DNA of 64,000 nt from a bacterium (GCA_037200965.1 JBBCGK010000001.1:448001-512000), one strand, 5' to 3'. Shown: positions 1 through 10,351, counted from the stretch's first letter. The notes: generated from the letters alone by a model not told the origin. Made by a program: numbers and translations.

Positions 1-375
1 CTTCGGCGGGAGGTCAACCGTACCGTTCGAGCTCGCGATGATCACATTCCCCGCTCCGTAGAGATCGATGCGATACGGGGCGCTGCGGGCGGCAGCGGAT
101 GGATTCTGATTCTCGACGTACGCGATCACATCGGTACGGCCCGCGCGAGGCGAGAGCGCCCTGACGAATTGCACCACCGGAGCTTCGGTCTTGACCGCAC
201 AAAGGTACGGACAGGGTCCGCCGCAGTCCACGCCTTCTTCGCCCTGGTTCTGCTTCGTGTCGGTACATGAAGGCGCCCTATACACCGCGGCAAACAGAAT
301 GGCCGCCGCGAGCACAGCCGCAAGGGCGATAAGCCCCCCGAGTATCCAGAATCTTCGTCGCGCTGCCCAGGACAT
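1..375 (-). CDS. hypothetical membrane-anchored protein, N-terminal part (3' end beyond window start)
   Basis: Own translation of the minus strand from ATG at 373-375: MSWAARRRFWILGGLIALAAVLAAAILFAAVYRAPSCTDTKQNQGEEGVDCGGPCPYLCAVKTEAPVVQF... It stays open to position 1 and has an N-terminal TM helix. It is absent from the ORF track because no stop lies inside the window. Confidence 0.5.
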   Translation of the reverse strand, partial: MSWAARRRFWILGGLIALAAVLAAAILFAAVYRAPSCTDTKQNQGEEGVDCGGPCPYLCAVKTEAPVVQFVRALSPRAGRTDVIAYVENQNPSAAARSAPYRIDLYGAGNVIIASSNGTVDLPPK

Positions 376-743
376 ATCTCTAGTATAAACGAATGCAGCC
401 AACTCAACGAGTCGGCCGCAAACTCACCTTATGATCTCTTATCGTCTGAAAAGCACGCGGTCGACCGAAGCTTGGAATCGGCGTTTGCAGAAAGCGCATC
501 CGCTTCCCGCGAACATATGTTCGTAGATAGCAGCAAGCGATGCATGCGGGTCCGCCGACGCTCCTAAACAGGTAGCGTAGGTGCCCACAAAAGGAACTTC
601 CCATTCATCAATTGCCGCGATGTGCGGATATTTGTTCGCTAACGCCAAAACTTCTGCCGATTCTTGTCCCGAAGTTCTCATGGGCCTTACTCCTTCTCTC
701 CTTTACCGGGAACTCGTAAATACGGTGCAAGGTTACGAAAACA

Positions 744-870
744 CGCCCGCAGTGCTGGCGACTACCTACTCTCCCCCTTGCGGAGTACCATCGGTTCAAG
801 AGGGCTTGACTGCCGAGTTCGGAATGAGATCGGGTATGACCCCTCCGACAAATCACCAGCACCGCGGGCG
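744..870 (-). rRNA. rrf: 5S ribosomal RNA
   Basis: The reverse complement reads CGCCCGCGGUGCUGG...CCGAUCUCAUUCCGAACUCGGCAGUCAAGCCCUCUUGAACCGAUGGUACUCCGCAAGGGGGAGAGUAGGUAGUCGCCAGCACUGCGGGCG. The terminal helix I pairing and the loop C / GAAC / AGUAGG motifs are conserved. Confidence 0.8.
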
Positions 871-1250
871 CGTTTTATAAAACGGCACGCACGATGCAAA
901 CGAGATACGTATAGATGGAAAATGCGAGCGCGCGCAGATTGTGGCACGCAGAGTTCCGCACAGTAGACTCGGCATATTAGTATTCCTCCGCTCCGGCAAT
1001 TGCTTGCCTTCCACGTAGAACCTATCAACCTGGTAATCTCCCAGGTGCCTGATAACGATTTCTAATCTTGGAGCACGCTTCCCGCTTATATGCTTTCAGC
1101 GGTTATCGCAACCCGACATAGCTACCCAGCGGTGCCCTTGGCAGGACAGCTGGCAGACCAGAGGTCAGTTCATCCCGGTCCTCTCGTACTAGGGACGACC
1201 CTCCTCAAAAATCAACGCCTGTAGTAGATAGGAGACCAACCTGTCTCACG

Positions 1251-1925
1251 CATGTTCTCACGCATTACTGCGTGCATCGGACTGTAACTTCATCGGTTCT
1301 CGATGTTCAACGTTCAGTCTCTACGGGCGATATACCTCCGTATCCGCTTCTTGGAGTAGTTCAGTTCTCCGAAAGCGTTTACGAGTTCGAGCAATTTCTT
1401 GAATGCTGCCTGATTCTGTTCGCGCTTCTTGCAGTCCAGGACCTTCTTCAGGAGAGCGATCTGTTTCTTCTTCAACCGAACGAAAGGTTCGACGAGTCGG
1501 ATCATCTCTTCTAAGTCGTCAAGACGCTGCACCGTGTACTCGCACACGCCATCCTTGCGTTCCCGAAGGGAACCGAACGGCATAAGCGTACACATCTTCT
1601 CGAAAGAATCCTTCGACTTGGCGGACTGGAAGAACACTATCGCTGGTGCAATCTGGTATCCGAACCGATAGGTTGAATTAGGTTTTGCACGAACGTAGAT
1701 GCTTCCATCCCCATCGAGGAATCCTGCGAGATAAGCCCTGTCAGTGTCAGATAGGCGAATTTGCTTCATATCTTCCCTCGGTATTATCCTACCATATGAC
1801 AGGTTAGGACTTCACCGATATAAGTTGAATTGTCGTACTGCATTCCTGCAATACGCCGCCGTGATCATGTCTTCTGCCTCGGGGCTCAGACCGTTCAGTG
1901 GCCGATGCTTTCATCTAGCCGCTGA
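1251..1925 (-). mobile_element. group I intron in 23S rRNA (insertion near E. coli position ~2593)
   Basis: The 5' exon ends ...GGGUUCAGACCGU (U before the splice site). The 3' exon resumes CGUGAGACAGG directly after an intron-terminal G. E. coli has a contiguous ...AGAACGUCGUGAGACAG here. The intervening 675 nt contains a LAGLIDADG ORF. Confidence 0.7.
1314..1769 (-). CDS. LAGLIDADG homing endonuclease (single-motif type), intron-encoded
   Basis: 151 aa with the motif [13 protein letters not shown] near the N-terminus, wholly inside 23S intron 1. Confidence 0.8.
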   Translation of the reverse strand: MKQIRLSDTDRAYLAGFLDGDGSIYVRAKPNSTYRFGYQIAPAIVFFQSAKSKDSFEKMCTLMPFGSLRERKDGVCEYTVQRLDDLEEMIRLVEPFVRLKKKQIALLKKVLDCKKREQNQAAFKKLLELVNAFGELNYSKKRIRRYIARRD

Positions 1926-2894
1926 ACGGTCTGAACCCAACTCACGTAACATTTTAATTGGCGAACAGCCAAACGCTTGGGACCTTCTCCAGCCCCGCGC
2001 TATGTTGAGTCGACATCGAGGTGCCGAACTCCGCCGTCGCTATGGACGCTTGGGCGGAACTAGCCTGTTATCCCCAGAGTAACTTTTATCCGTTGAGCTC
2101 TGGCCGCATCTAAGGCGTACCATCGGATCACTATGCTCTGCTTTCGCATCTGCTCGGGATGTACCCCTTGCAGTTAAGCTCTCTTATGCCATTACACTAT
2201 CGGCACGGTTTCCATTCGCGCCTAGAGAACCTTAATAGACTCCTCCGTTACTTTTTAGGCGTGTGGTACTCAATCGCTTGAGCGCGCGATCACGGAATCG
2301 CACCTCTATGTCGCCATAGAGATCGGACTATATCTTCATCACCTTGCGGTGAGATCGGCGTGTAGTCTCTGAGGGTTCTCTTACGAGTCTTCCCTGCTGA
2401 TTGTCCGCACCGGACGGATTTTCACTCTTTCGAGTACCGCCGGATACCCGGATGTTCCAGCATTTGGCCGATTTGCTTGTACCGGTTGCCCGGCACAGTC
2501 CCCCTTTTTTATATTTATCGGTTTTCGGATGATGGTCGAACGGGCGCCGCTTTCGAGGATAGCGCCCCACCAAAACTGCCTACCACGCACGGTCCCGAGG
2601 AGGATCCCTCCTCGGTTAGGAACTGCACAATTCAAGAGTGGTATTTCACTGACGAGTCCACGGGAGCCGAAACCCCCGCTTCAACCTCTCCCACCTATGC
2701 TACGCAGGAATCACGCAGCCCCAATACGAAGCTGCAGTAAAGCTTCTGGGGTCTTTTCGTCTAACTACAGGTAACCGGCATCTTCACCGGTAATGCATTT
2801 TCACCGAGCGAGTCCTCGAGACAGTTCCCCAGTCATTACGCCATTCGTGCACGTCGGAATTTACCCGACAAGGAATTGCGCTCTTCTATTCCTC

Positions 2895-3858
2895 TACGAA
2901 GGACCATTTCTTCACCCCCGAAGGGGTGCGCGGCGTATGGCCTCTCTTGTGAGCCGCGGATCTGCTATGCGTTGCCGCATAACGAGGTAGCTTGTCATGA
3001 CGTAATCTTTCGAACTGTTTACGGTCTCCTACAATCGTCCCAATCCGTTCCGCGCTCGATCGCTCGAACGCGGAACCTTAGGCATATCTCCTTCCTGTCG
3101 CCAGGAGGTTGGACTTTATCATCTCGCGTCTCAAGCGAGTCCGACGTAAAGTCTCTGAGGATTCATGTGTTCAATTACTAATCCGGGAGCGTCGCGAGCA
3201 TCTCTTGTAGAGCGTGCTTGCGGCCCTTTCCTTGTTGATTCATCGAGTATGCGAGTGTTGCTATCCTCACAAACCCTTCCTTCGTCCAGTGCTCCCGCTT
3301 CTCCATTGCCGCGACGATCTCCTTGAAGATCACGAATGTCTCGGCTTTGACGAGAAGCGGGTATCGCTCGAAGAACGGTATAACCCGCTCGACGATTGAA
3401 CGTCTCGAATCGATGCTGAAGTTGAGGACGGGATGAGTTCCGGATTTTCGATATATCGACCCTGTCCCGAAGGTTTCCTTCATGAGTTCAAGCACCTCGC
3501 GGTGCTTCTCATGCTGGTATACCTGGAAACAAGGATTGATCATCCATCCGAACTTTTGGGTCGGATGCTTGATGATCGATACCGAGAAGCTTCCCTCTCC
3601 GTCCACGAATCCTGCTACATAGTAGTTGCGCTGATGTCGCTTGCCACGGAAGTAGCTCATGACATCAGCCGAGTTATTCAGTCTCATGGCTAAGTTTGTT
3701 AGTTGTGAGACGAACACATGTCTTTCCTGCTGATTGACTGCACCGCGCGCATTGTTACCTGCTCGGTAGCGGCGGATACACCAGTTATTCCAGCATTTGG
3801 TCGGATTTTATAATCGCCCGACTTTTGACCTACTTGCGCAGGTTTGTAGGGTCCACGA
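2895..3858 (-). mobile_element. group I intron in 23S rRNA (helix 69 region, E. coli ~1917-1931)
   Basis: The exon sequence ...GUCGGCGAUAACUAUAA (E. coli ...GGCCGUAACUAUAACGG) stops at ~3859. The exon ...CGCAAUUCCUUGUCGGGUAAAUUCCGAC resumes at ~2880-2905. About 960 nt lie between them and contain a LAGLIDADG ORF. Boundaries are +/-30 nt. Confidence 0.6.
3178..3717 (-). CDS. LAGLIDADG homing endonuclease, intron-encoded
   Basis: 179 aa with the motif YVAGFVDGEGSFS, inside 23S intron 2. Confidence 0.8.
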   Translation of the reverse strand: MFVSQLTNLAMRLNNSADVMSYFRGKRHQRNYYVAGFVDGEGSFSVSIIKHPTQKFGWMINPCFQVYQHEKHREVLELMKETFGTGSIYRKSGTHPVLNFSIDSRRSIVERVIPFFERYPLLVKAETFVIFKEIVAAMEKREHWTKEGFVRIATLAYSMNQQGKGRKHALQEMLATLPD

Positions 3859-4029
3859 TTATAGTTATCGCCGACATTCACCAGGGCATATACAGCCCAG
3901 CACTATATCCGAAGACATAGCACCCTCCGTACTTAACCTTCTGGCATCGGTCAGGCGTCACCCCCTATACATCCTCTTACGAGTTCGCAGGGAGCTGTGT
4001 TTTTGGTAAACAGTTGCCAGGGAATCTTT

Positions 4030-4407
4030 CGCTGCGGCCCGCGCACCACTTTAGCCTCAACTCTTTTGGAAGGAGCGGAAACTAAAGTACTCGACGATCA
4101 AGACATGTTGTGAATCCGGATATCCGTTCCGATCTTCGTGGAATTATCCACAAAGAAAAGTCGGGGGCGTCTCCGTTCTACAACGTCATCCATCAGCTGG
4201 CCCAGGTCTTCCGGGCCGCAGATGTATTTCTGATCATCGTTCACGAACTCTAACGTGCACTCGGAAGCACTCGGATAACGATACTTGAACGACCTCAACT
4301 CTCTGGTCGTGAGCATCGTATACAGTACTTCGAGGTCAAGTTTTGTTCTTTGCTGCGTCATTTTGCTCTCCATATGTTGAGGACAAAGTGGTGCGCGGGC
4401 AGGCCTT
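4030..4407 (-). other. ORF-bearing helix insertion (IVS-like expansion) in 23S rRNA domain IV
   Basis: In rRNA sense, ...GGCCUGCCCGCGCACCACUUUGUCCUCAAC is followed by ~300 nt and then GUUGAGGCUAAAGUGGUGCGCGGGCCGCAGCGAAAGAUUCCCUGGCAACUGUUUACCAAAAACACAG. The two arms are near-perfect complements (~25 bp stem). The insertion replaces the short E. coli helix near positions 1840-1900. Confidence 0.6.
4098..4373 (-). CDS. hypothetical 91-aa protein encoded inside the 23S helix insertion
   Basis: ATG (MESKMTQQRTKLDLEVLYTMLTTRELRSFKYRYPSASECTLEFVNDDQKYICGPEDLGQLMDDVVERRRPRLFFVDNSTKIGTDIRIHNMS) starts 2 nt after the 5' stem arm. The stop lies just before the 3' arm. The composition is protein-like. 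No homing-endonuclease motif was recognised. Confidence 0.35.
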   Translation of the reverse strand: MESKMTQQRTKLDLEVLYTMLTTRELRSFKYRYPSASECTLEFVNDDQKYICGPEDLGQLMDDVVERRRPRLFFVDNSTKIGTDIRIHNMS

Positions 4408-5642
4408 ATCGCTAACTTACGGCCGCTTTTTTGCCGAGTTCCTTGAGGACCTCTCACTCGTTCGTCTTGGTCTTCTCGACCTGACCACCTGTGTCGGTTT
4501 ACGGTACGGTCGTCGCACATTAAGCTTAGAAGTTTTTCTTGGAACCGCGCTCTCTACTCTCCGCTCCCCCGTGGGAGAACGTTGCGGCTACGCTCGGAAT
4601 AGCGCATGGCGGATTTACCTACCACACTTCCTCGCGCAACCGACCCAAATCCAATTATGGGCGGTAGATACAGCAGTCCGTCGCTCCATCGCATATGCGA
4701 ACGGTCACGGAATATTAACCGTGTGTCCATCGGGTTCGGCTCTCGCCTACCCCTTAGGCCCGACTAACCCAGAGTTGATCATCATGGCTCTGGAAACCTT
4801 GGTCTTTCGACGTGCGGGGTTCTCACCCGCATTGTGGTTACTTGTACCGGCATCCTCACTTCCGTACGCTCCACGACGGGTTACCCCTTACGCTTCAGCG
4901 CATACGGAACGCTCTCCTACCGCATACCTTTCCCGAAGGAAAGGTACACCCGCAGTTTCGGCACTACGCTTAACCCCGATCATCTTCGGCGCAGGAACCC
5001 TCGATGAGTGAGCTGTTACGCTTTCTTTAAATGGTGGCTGCTTCTAAGCCAACATCCTCATTGTCGAAGGATTCCCACTTCCTTAAGTCGTACTGAGCGT
5101 AGATTTTGGGGCCTTAACTTGCGATCTGGGCTCTTCCCCTCTCGACCAGTGGAGCTTCGCCCCCACGGTCTAACTGCCATATTCTTGACCCTTGGTATTC
5201 GGAGGTTGATAGGGTCAACGAGATTTCTCCCTGTTTGACCCTTCCAGTGCTCTACCCCCAAGGGGAACATATGACGCCAACCCAAAAGCTGTTTCGGAGA
5301 GAACCAGCTATTACTAGATTCGATTAGCTTTTCACTCCTTACCACAAGTCATCCGAAGACGTTGTACGATCTACCGGTTCGGGCCTCCATCCGTCTTTCG
5401 ACGAACTTCACCCTGCTCATGGCAAGCTCATCTAGCTTCGGGTCGTATGCATACTACAGGCGCGCTATTAACACTCGGTTTCCCTGAAGCTCCATCCGGT
5501 AAAGGATTTAGCTACGCAGCATGCATACACTCGCCGGCTCATTCTTCAATAGGCACGCTGTCACGGATACGGCTTGCGCCGTTCCGCTCCAACCCCTTGT
5601 AAGTGCACGGTTTCAGTTCTATTTCACTCCCCTCTCGGGGTG

Positions 5643-5682
<40 letters not shown>

Positions 5683-6355
5683 CTGCGTGATATTTAGCCT
5701 TACCGGTTAGTTCCGGCAGATTCATTCGAGCTATTCGTGTCTCGAACTACTCAGGAACGGAAGCACAAGAGAGATCTCTATTTCGCGTACGGGGCCATTA
5801 CCCTCTGGGGCGCTGCTTCCCAGCAGCTTCCGCTATAGAGACCTTTTGTAACTCCTGCCGTATAAATACGGCGCTTCCGCCCTACAACCCCGAAGATCGA
5901 AACCTTCGGTTTGGGCTCTTCCCGTTTCGCTCGCCGCTACTAAGGGAATCGCGAGAGACGTGTTCCACCCCCTCGACGAATCGAGGAGCCGGAACACGGC
6001 TCGCTGTTGTTTTCTATTCCTCCGGGTACTGAGATGTTTCACTTCCCCGGGTACGCTTCCATCCTCTGTCGAGGCGGATTCCCGATATACGGGAGGGTTT
6101 CCCCATTCGGAAATCTTCGGATCAAAGGCTATAAGCCGCCTCCCCGAAGCATATCGCTGGCTGATCGCGTCCTTCATCGCTCACGCAAGCCTAGGCATCC
6201 ACCGTGCACCCTTATGTCTCCTGTGCGGAGATCTGTTCACCACAATCTGATAGCACTTGCATTTTGCTGACCGCACGGGCTTAGCCCATACGGTTTTGCT
6301 TACCATCTATACGTATTCGTATGTCAAAGGGCGCACTATCCACGCGATTTTTCCG

Positions 6356-6384
6356 ACTAAAAAACCGCTCAGAGGAGCGGTCGC
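6356..6384 (-). terminator. hairpin plus U-run (minus sense), possible insulator or terminator upstream of the 23S promoter region
   Basis: Minus sense reads GCGACCGCUCCUCUGAGCGGUUUUUU, a 7-bp stem followed by six U. Confidence 0.3.
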
Positions 6385-6573
6385 ATTTGCATGCAAGGCC
6401 TTCCGGCCTTTATCCGCTACTCGTTGTTAGGGTTTTTCGGGTCGGTATCACGTGTAGGGAGAGTATAGGGGAGGGGGCAAAGGCTGTCAACAAGGGCATG
6501 AGTGGGTGGTTTATAAGGTCCGCCCGCAGATTTGACAAGAATATAGAACTAGTCCATAGTTATATACGAAACA

Positions 6574-6768
6574 GTGGAGAGTCGGCCTAAAGGCCGATAT
6601 GCTCATATGAAGCCAGGAGTTACGCCTCAGATGAAGGAAACAACCAGGACTGCTAAGGAGCGGCGCGAGCGGTCAAGAATTGCCATGTTGATTGTCGGCA
6701 TTCCTGTTATTTCGATCGTTCTGGCACTGATCGGGTTAGGGGTTCTTCTCTTGCATGGGCCCTTTTGA
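6574..6768 (+). CDS. small hypothetical membrane protein
   Basis: 64-aa ORF with a C-terminal TM segment (IAMLIVGIPVISIVLALIGLGVLLL). It is short, so support is weak. Confidence 0.25.
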   Translation: MESRPKGRYAHMKPGVTPQMKETTRTAKERRERSRIAMLIVGIPVISIVLALIGLGVLLLHGPF

Positions 6769-6842
6769 CGGACTGATGTGTTGGGAGTGCGAAGCGAGCA
6801 ATCGCTTCCCTCCCTGCCCATCGGTTTTTGTTTTTATAGACT

Positions 6843-6887
6843 AAAAACAAACACGCCGCGCTTCTGCGCGGCGTGTTTGTTTTAAAA
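6843..6887 (-). terminator. bidirectional rho-independent terminator
   Basis: AAAAACAAACACGCCGCGC-TTCT-GCGCGGCGTGTTTGTTTT, a 13-bp GC-rich stem flanked by an A-run and a T-run, 12 nt past the stop of the 6899..7579 gene. Confidence 0.75.
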
Positions 6888-6898
6888 CCCGAGAAACC

Positions 6899-7579
6899 TT
6901 ATCCGACCTGCTCGCGAACCTTGTCGATGTAGCGGGCAGCCGCTGCCTGGCCGCCAAGGCCGAAGGCAAGGCCCACCGCCAGGGAAACCGCGATGACGAC
7001 GCCCGTGAAGAGGGTCTGCACGAAGGCGGTCGCGACCTGAAGCTGCGCGAGCGCCGCGAGGATCGCGAAGATCCAGATCGCCCATCTTGCGACGGAGCCG
7101 AGGAAGTTCGCCGACGGCATGTTCGCCGCGCGCGCTGCGCCCGCGACGAGGTTCTGCACCACGTCCGCGATCACCGCTGCGACGAGAAGGATAAGGACGG
7201 CCACGATAACCTGCGGGAGATACCCGAGCACTACTTCGCGAAGGAAGATCGTCACGTCGGAGAGCCCGAGTACGTCGAGGGACGCGATGAGGAACACGAC
7301 GATGAAGAACCACTTGACCAGGGCGCCAAGGAACGCGCCGGAGTTAAGGGTGAATCCTGCGCGGGTGAGGACGCGCTCTACGCCCGCCGAACGGAGCGCC
7401 TGATCGACGCGGATCGAGTTAATGATCTGCGCGACCACGCGGCCGACGCCTGCGCCGATAAGCCAACCGATGACGAAGATGATGATCGCGACGACGAGCG
7501 TCGGGATGAACTGCACGAGGCCGTAGAAGAGACCCAAAAACGACTGGCTGAGCACGTCTGACCAAGTAGTGAGAAACAT
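6899..7579 (-). CDS. integral membrane protein with repeated short TM-helix modules (mechanosensitive-channel-associated TM_helix-like)
   Basis: 226 aa that is almost entirely hydrophobic helices with a recurring LxxVVxxIIxxxxG pattern. Confidence 0.6.
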   Translation of the reverse strand: MFLTTWSDVLSQSFLGLFYGLVQFIPTLVVAIIIFVIGWLIGAGVGRVVAQIINSIRVDQALRSAGVERVLTRAGFTLNSGAFLGALVKWFFIVVFLIASLDVLGLSDVTIFLREVVLGYLPQVIVAVLILLVAAVIADVVQNLVAGAARAANMPSANFLGSVARWAIWIFAILAALAQLQVATAFVQTLFTGVVIAVSLAVGLAFGLGGQAAAARYIDKVREQVG

Positions 7580-7726
7580 AGTGTGGGTAGTTTTTATAAT
7601 TGTCCCTCGAGGCTGCCTCTCTTGGAACGGTTATCCGGTAAAGCCGGCCCGGGTCTCCCCGTGTGGCCTGCTGTCTATAAGTGTAGCAGGGATGGGCAAA
7701 AACAGCCTTTCGGGTGTGGATAGTTT

Positions 7727-8293
7727 TTAGGAAGGTTTGAGCCCTATTTTATCGAAAATGGCCCGGTGCGGATAGTCGAGAACGTTCCGTATGAGGCGGT
7801 CGTAGACGCCCAGACGGTAGCGGAAGTCTTCCGTGGAGAACGAGGCGTAGCGTATCTCGCGCCCGAGCTCGGCTTCGATGCCGTGAACCGCTGCCTTAAG
7901 CGCCCGCTCGACAAGCTTGTCGCCTACGATAAGCAAGTCGATCTCGGATTCGGCGACGCCCGTGAAGAGCCCTGAAGTAACGACAAGGCGAAGAGTTCCT
8001 CCTTTTCTAAGTGCGGCCAGAACTTCGGCATTCTCCACGTTCGTCGTCGTGCGCACGAAGTCGGCAAGCGCGTCGTAATACGGGAAACGCTTCTCGGCGG
8101 CATACCCGCTTCCCCGCTTCTTGATAACGCCCGCGGCGGCAAGGGTGCTTATCTCCTTGCGCGCCGCGGCTTTTGAAAGCTTCGTCCGGAATGCCGCGTC
8201 GGAAACGGAGAACGCGGATGCGGGGTTGAAAATGAAAAGACGAAGGAGCTTGAGGCGGGCGTTCGAGCCGAAGAGTTTCGCGAGCGGATCCAT
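7727..8293 (-). CDS. hypothetical protein with N-terminal winged-HTH-like region
   Basis: ORF with likely start MDPLAKLFGSNARLKLLRLF. The helix-turn-helix-like segment is SKAAARKEISTLAAAGVIKKRG. Confidence 0.5.
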   Translation of the reverse strand: MDPLAKLFGSNARLKLLRLFIFNPASAFSVSDAAFRTKLSKAAARKEISTLAAAGVIKKRGSGYAAEKRFPYYDALADFVRTTTNVENAEVLAALRKGGTLRLVVTSGLFTGVAESEIDLLIVGDKLVERALKAAVHGIEAELGREIRYASFSTEDFRYRLGVYDRLIRNVLDYPHRAIFDKIGLKPS

Positions 8294-8400
8294 ATTCGAT
8301 TCCGCGCATTCTACCGCGCTTCGAAGTCCCGTGTCCAAGCCTTGACGAAAACAACAAAAAACGCCCTGTGGGGGCGTTTTTTGTTGTTTTCGCTTTCGGA

Positions 8401-8874
8401 TTATTTGAGCGTAACCTTCGCTCCTGCCTCCTCGAGCTTCTTCTTGAGTTCATCGGCTTCCTCCTTCTTCATGTCGGCCTTCACGACCGACGGAGCCGCG
8501 TCGACGAGATCCTTCGCCTCCTTGAGACCAAGGCCGAGCGCCTCCTTCACCACCTTGATGACGGCGATCTTCGATGCGCCGGAGTCGGTAAGTTCGACGG
8601 TTGCGGTCGACTTCCCTTCCTCGGCGGGACCCGCGGCTGCGGGACCCGCGACCGCGACTGCCGCAGCCGAGACGCCGAACTTCTTCTCGAGCACCTTCAC
8701 GAGTTCTGAGAGCTCAAGAACAGTCATGTTCTCAACTTCCTCGACAAGCTTCTTGAACTTTGCCGGTACCTCCACCTTCTCCTCTTCTTTCGGGGCTGCC
8801 GCAGGAGCCGGAGCCGCCTCCGGCGCAGCTGCCTCGGGGGCCGCCGCTTCCTCTACCTTCTTTTCTTCGTCCAT
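8401..8874 (-). CDS. rplL: 50S ribosomal protein L7/L12 with an Ala/Pro/Glu-rich N-terminal extension
   Basis: ...[17 protein letters not shown]...[56 protein letters not shown] matches the L12 C-terminal domain. The N-terminus [33 protein letters not shown] is extra. Confidence 0.9.
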   Translation of the reverse strand: MDEEKKVEEAAAPEAAAPEAAPAPAAAPKEEEKVEVPAKFKKLVEEVENMTVLELSELVKVLEKKFGVSAAAVAVAGPAAAGPAEEGKSTATVELTDSGASKIAVIKVVKEALGLGLKEAKDLVDAAPSVVKADMKKEEADELKKKLEEAGAKVTLK

Positions 8875-8899
8875 AGTAATGAGTTAAATGGGAATAAAG

Positions 8900-9394
8900 T
8901 TATGCCGCTTTCTTTTCCGCGATCTTGTTGAGCGCGACCACGAATCCCTGGATAGGGCTATTGATCACGTTCACGAACATGCCGCGAAGCACCGGTACCG
9001 GCGGGATGGTGGCGATGGCCGTCATCTGGCCCGCATCCGCGAATGCGTTCTCGAACACGCCGCCGACAATCGCGAGCGCTTCCTTGAGCTTCTTCGCGTG
9101 CTCGTAGATCGAGCGGGCGGGAAGCGTCGCGTCTCCCTTGCCCCAGGCGATCGCGATTTCTCCGGCAAGCTCCGGAACGTCTCCGGTATAGCCTCGCTCG
9201 GCGAGCGCGCGACGGATAAGCGTCTTCTTCGCGACATAGAACCCGACGCCCTCGGCGCGAAGCGCCTTGCGCATTTTGGTCGTGTCCGCGACCGAAAGCT
9301 TGTGGAAGCGCACGAATACGACCGAAGCCGCTTCGCCAAGCGCGCCCTTGAGCTTTTCAACGATGTCTACTTTCTTTTGTTTGGTGATTGCCAT
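8900..9394 (-). CDS. rplJ: 50S ribosomal protein L10
   Basis: MAITKQKKVDIVEKLKGALGEAASVVFVRFHKLSVADTTKMRKALRAEGVGFYVAKKTLIRRA... is L10-like and sits immediately upstream of rplL on the same strand. Confidence 0.85.
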   Translation of the reverse strand: MAITKQKKVDIVEKLKGALGEAASVVFVRFHKLSVADTTKMRKALRAEGVGFYVAKKTLIRRALAERGYTGDVPELAGEIAIAWGKGDATLPARSIYEHAKKLKEALAIVGGVFENAFADAGQMTAIATIPPVPVLRGMFVNVINSPIQGFVVALNKIAEKKAA

Positions 9395-9610
9395 GTGATT
9401 TGTTAGTACGAAACGACACTGGTCCCGGAAGCTTTCGCTTCCGGGACCGAAGGAGGGCTCGACCTCTTTCACCCCGCATGAGGGGATCAAGATGTGCCTC
9501 GGCAGGGTTTACGGCCTTTCGGGCCACCTGCTGTCTTCGGTCCGTACCCGGCCACCATACTAAATGGTGGCCGATAAGGCAAGCGCCGCTTCATGAAGGT
9601 TCTTCATGAA
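9395..9610 (-). promoter_or_regulatory. structured 5' leader of rplJ-rplL (L10-leader-like autoregulatory region)
   Basis: Three strong hairpins lie upstream of the rplJ start: GGTCCCGGAAGC-TTTC-GCTTCCGGGACC, CCGGCCACCAT-ACTAA-ATGGTGGCCG and CTTCATGAAG-GTT-CTTCATGAAG. Confidence 0.5.
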
Positions 9611-9672
9611 ATCTTCGTAATCCGTAGGTTCTACTGATTGCGTTCCCCTTAGAAACCGTTACCCTCTACACT

Positions 9673-10350
9673 ATGCGCATCCTTATCGTGGAAGACGAGC
9701 CGCAGCTCGCCGAAAACCTCAAGAAGGGCCTTGAAATGAAGGGGTTCGCCGTCGACTGGGTCGCCGAGAGCGAGAAGGCGCGGACCCGGATCATGCTCTA
9801 TAAGAACGAGTACGACCTCATACTCCTTGACCTCATGCTTCCGGGCCTCGGAGGCGACGCCATCTGCCGGGAAGCCAGGGAAGCGGGGGTGAAGACGCCG
9901 ATCATTATCCTCACCGCCAAGGCCGAAGCCGAAGAGAAGGTGTCGCTCCTCAACTCGGGAGCGGACGACTACGTCGTAAAGCCGTTCTCGTTCGACGAGC
10001 TTGTCGCCCGCATAAACGCCGTGCTGCGGCGCCCCGAAAGCGCGCTTCCCGCCGCGCTTACCGTCCGCGATATCATTCTTGACCCGGCAACGAGACAAGT
10101 CACCAAAGCCGGCGAGAAAATCGCGCTTACACTCAAGGAATACTCTCTCCTCGAATACTTCATGCGCCGGCCGGGCGAAGCGCTTACCCGGGAAGACGTG
10201 CTCGATCATGTCTGGAATTTCGACTTCTCCGGGTTCAGTAACGTGCTTGACGTGCATATGAAGAATCTCCGCAAGAAGCTCGACGATTACGCGGGCGGCA
10301 CTCCCCTCTTCGAGACGGTGCGGGGCGTAGGGTACCGCCTGAATCCGTAA
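9673..10350 (+). CDS. OmpR-family two-component response regulator (REC + winged-helix DNA-binding)
   Basis: MRILIVEDEPQL...DLILLDLMLPGLGG...ILTAK (receiver) and ...TLKEYSLLEYFMRRPGEALTREDVLDHVW...VDVHMKNLRKKL...RGVGYRL (trans_reg_C). Confidence 0.9.
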   Translation: MRILIVEDEPQLAENLKKGLEMKGFAVDWVAESEKARTRIMLYKNEYDLILLDLMLPGLGGDAICREAREAGVKTPIIILTAKAEAEEKVSLLNSGADDYVVKPFSFDELVARINAVLRRPESALPAALTVRDIILDPATRQVTKAGEKIALTLKEYSLLEYFMRRPGEALTREDVLDHVWNFDFSGFSNVLDVHMKNLRKKLDDYAGGTPLFETVRGVGYRLNP

Positions 10351-10351
10351 C

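Noticed and set aside
439-681. 80-aa ORF on the minus strand between the 5S gene and the partial membrane-protein gene
   Set aside because: It is short, has no motif, and lies in a probable promoter/terminator region. It is possibly real but unsupported.
4343-5345. ORFs 4343..5011(+) 222 aa, 5008..5238(+), 5058..5345(-) and others between 1 kb and 6.2 kb
   Set aside because: They lie inside the 23S rRNA gene or its introns and the region aligns to 23S. They are chance open frames in GC-rich RNA-coding sequence.
8007-8887. ORFs 8007..8453(-), 8342..8887(+), 8368..8709(+)
   Set aside because: They overlap or are antisense to rplL and the upstream HTH gene. They are low-complexity and not credible.
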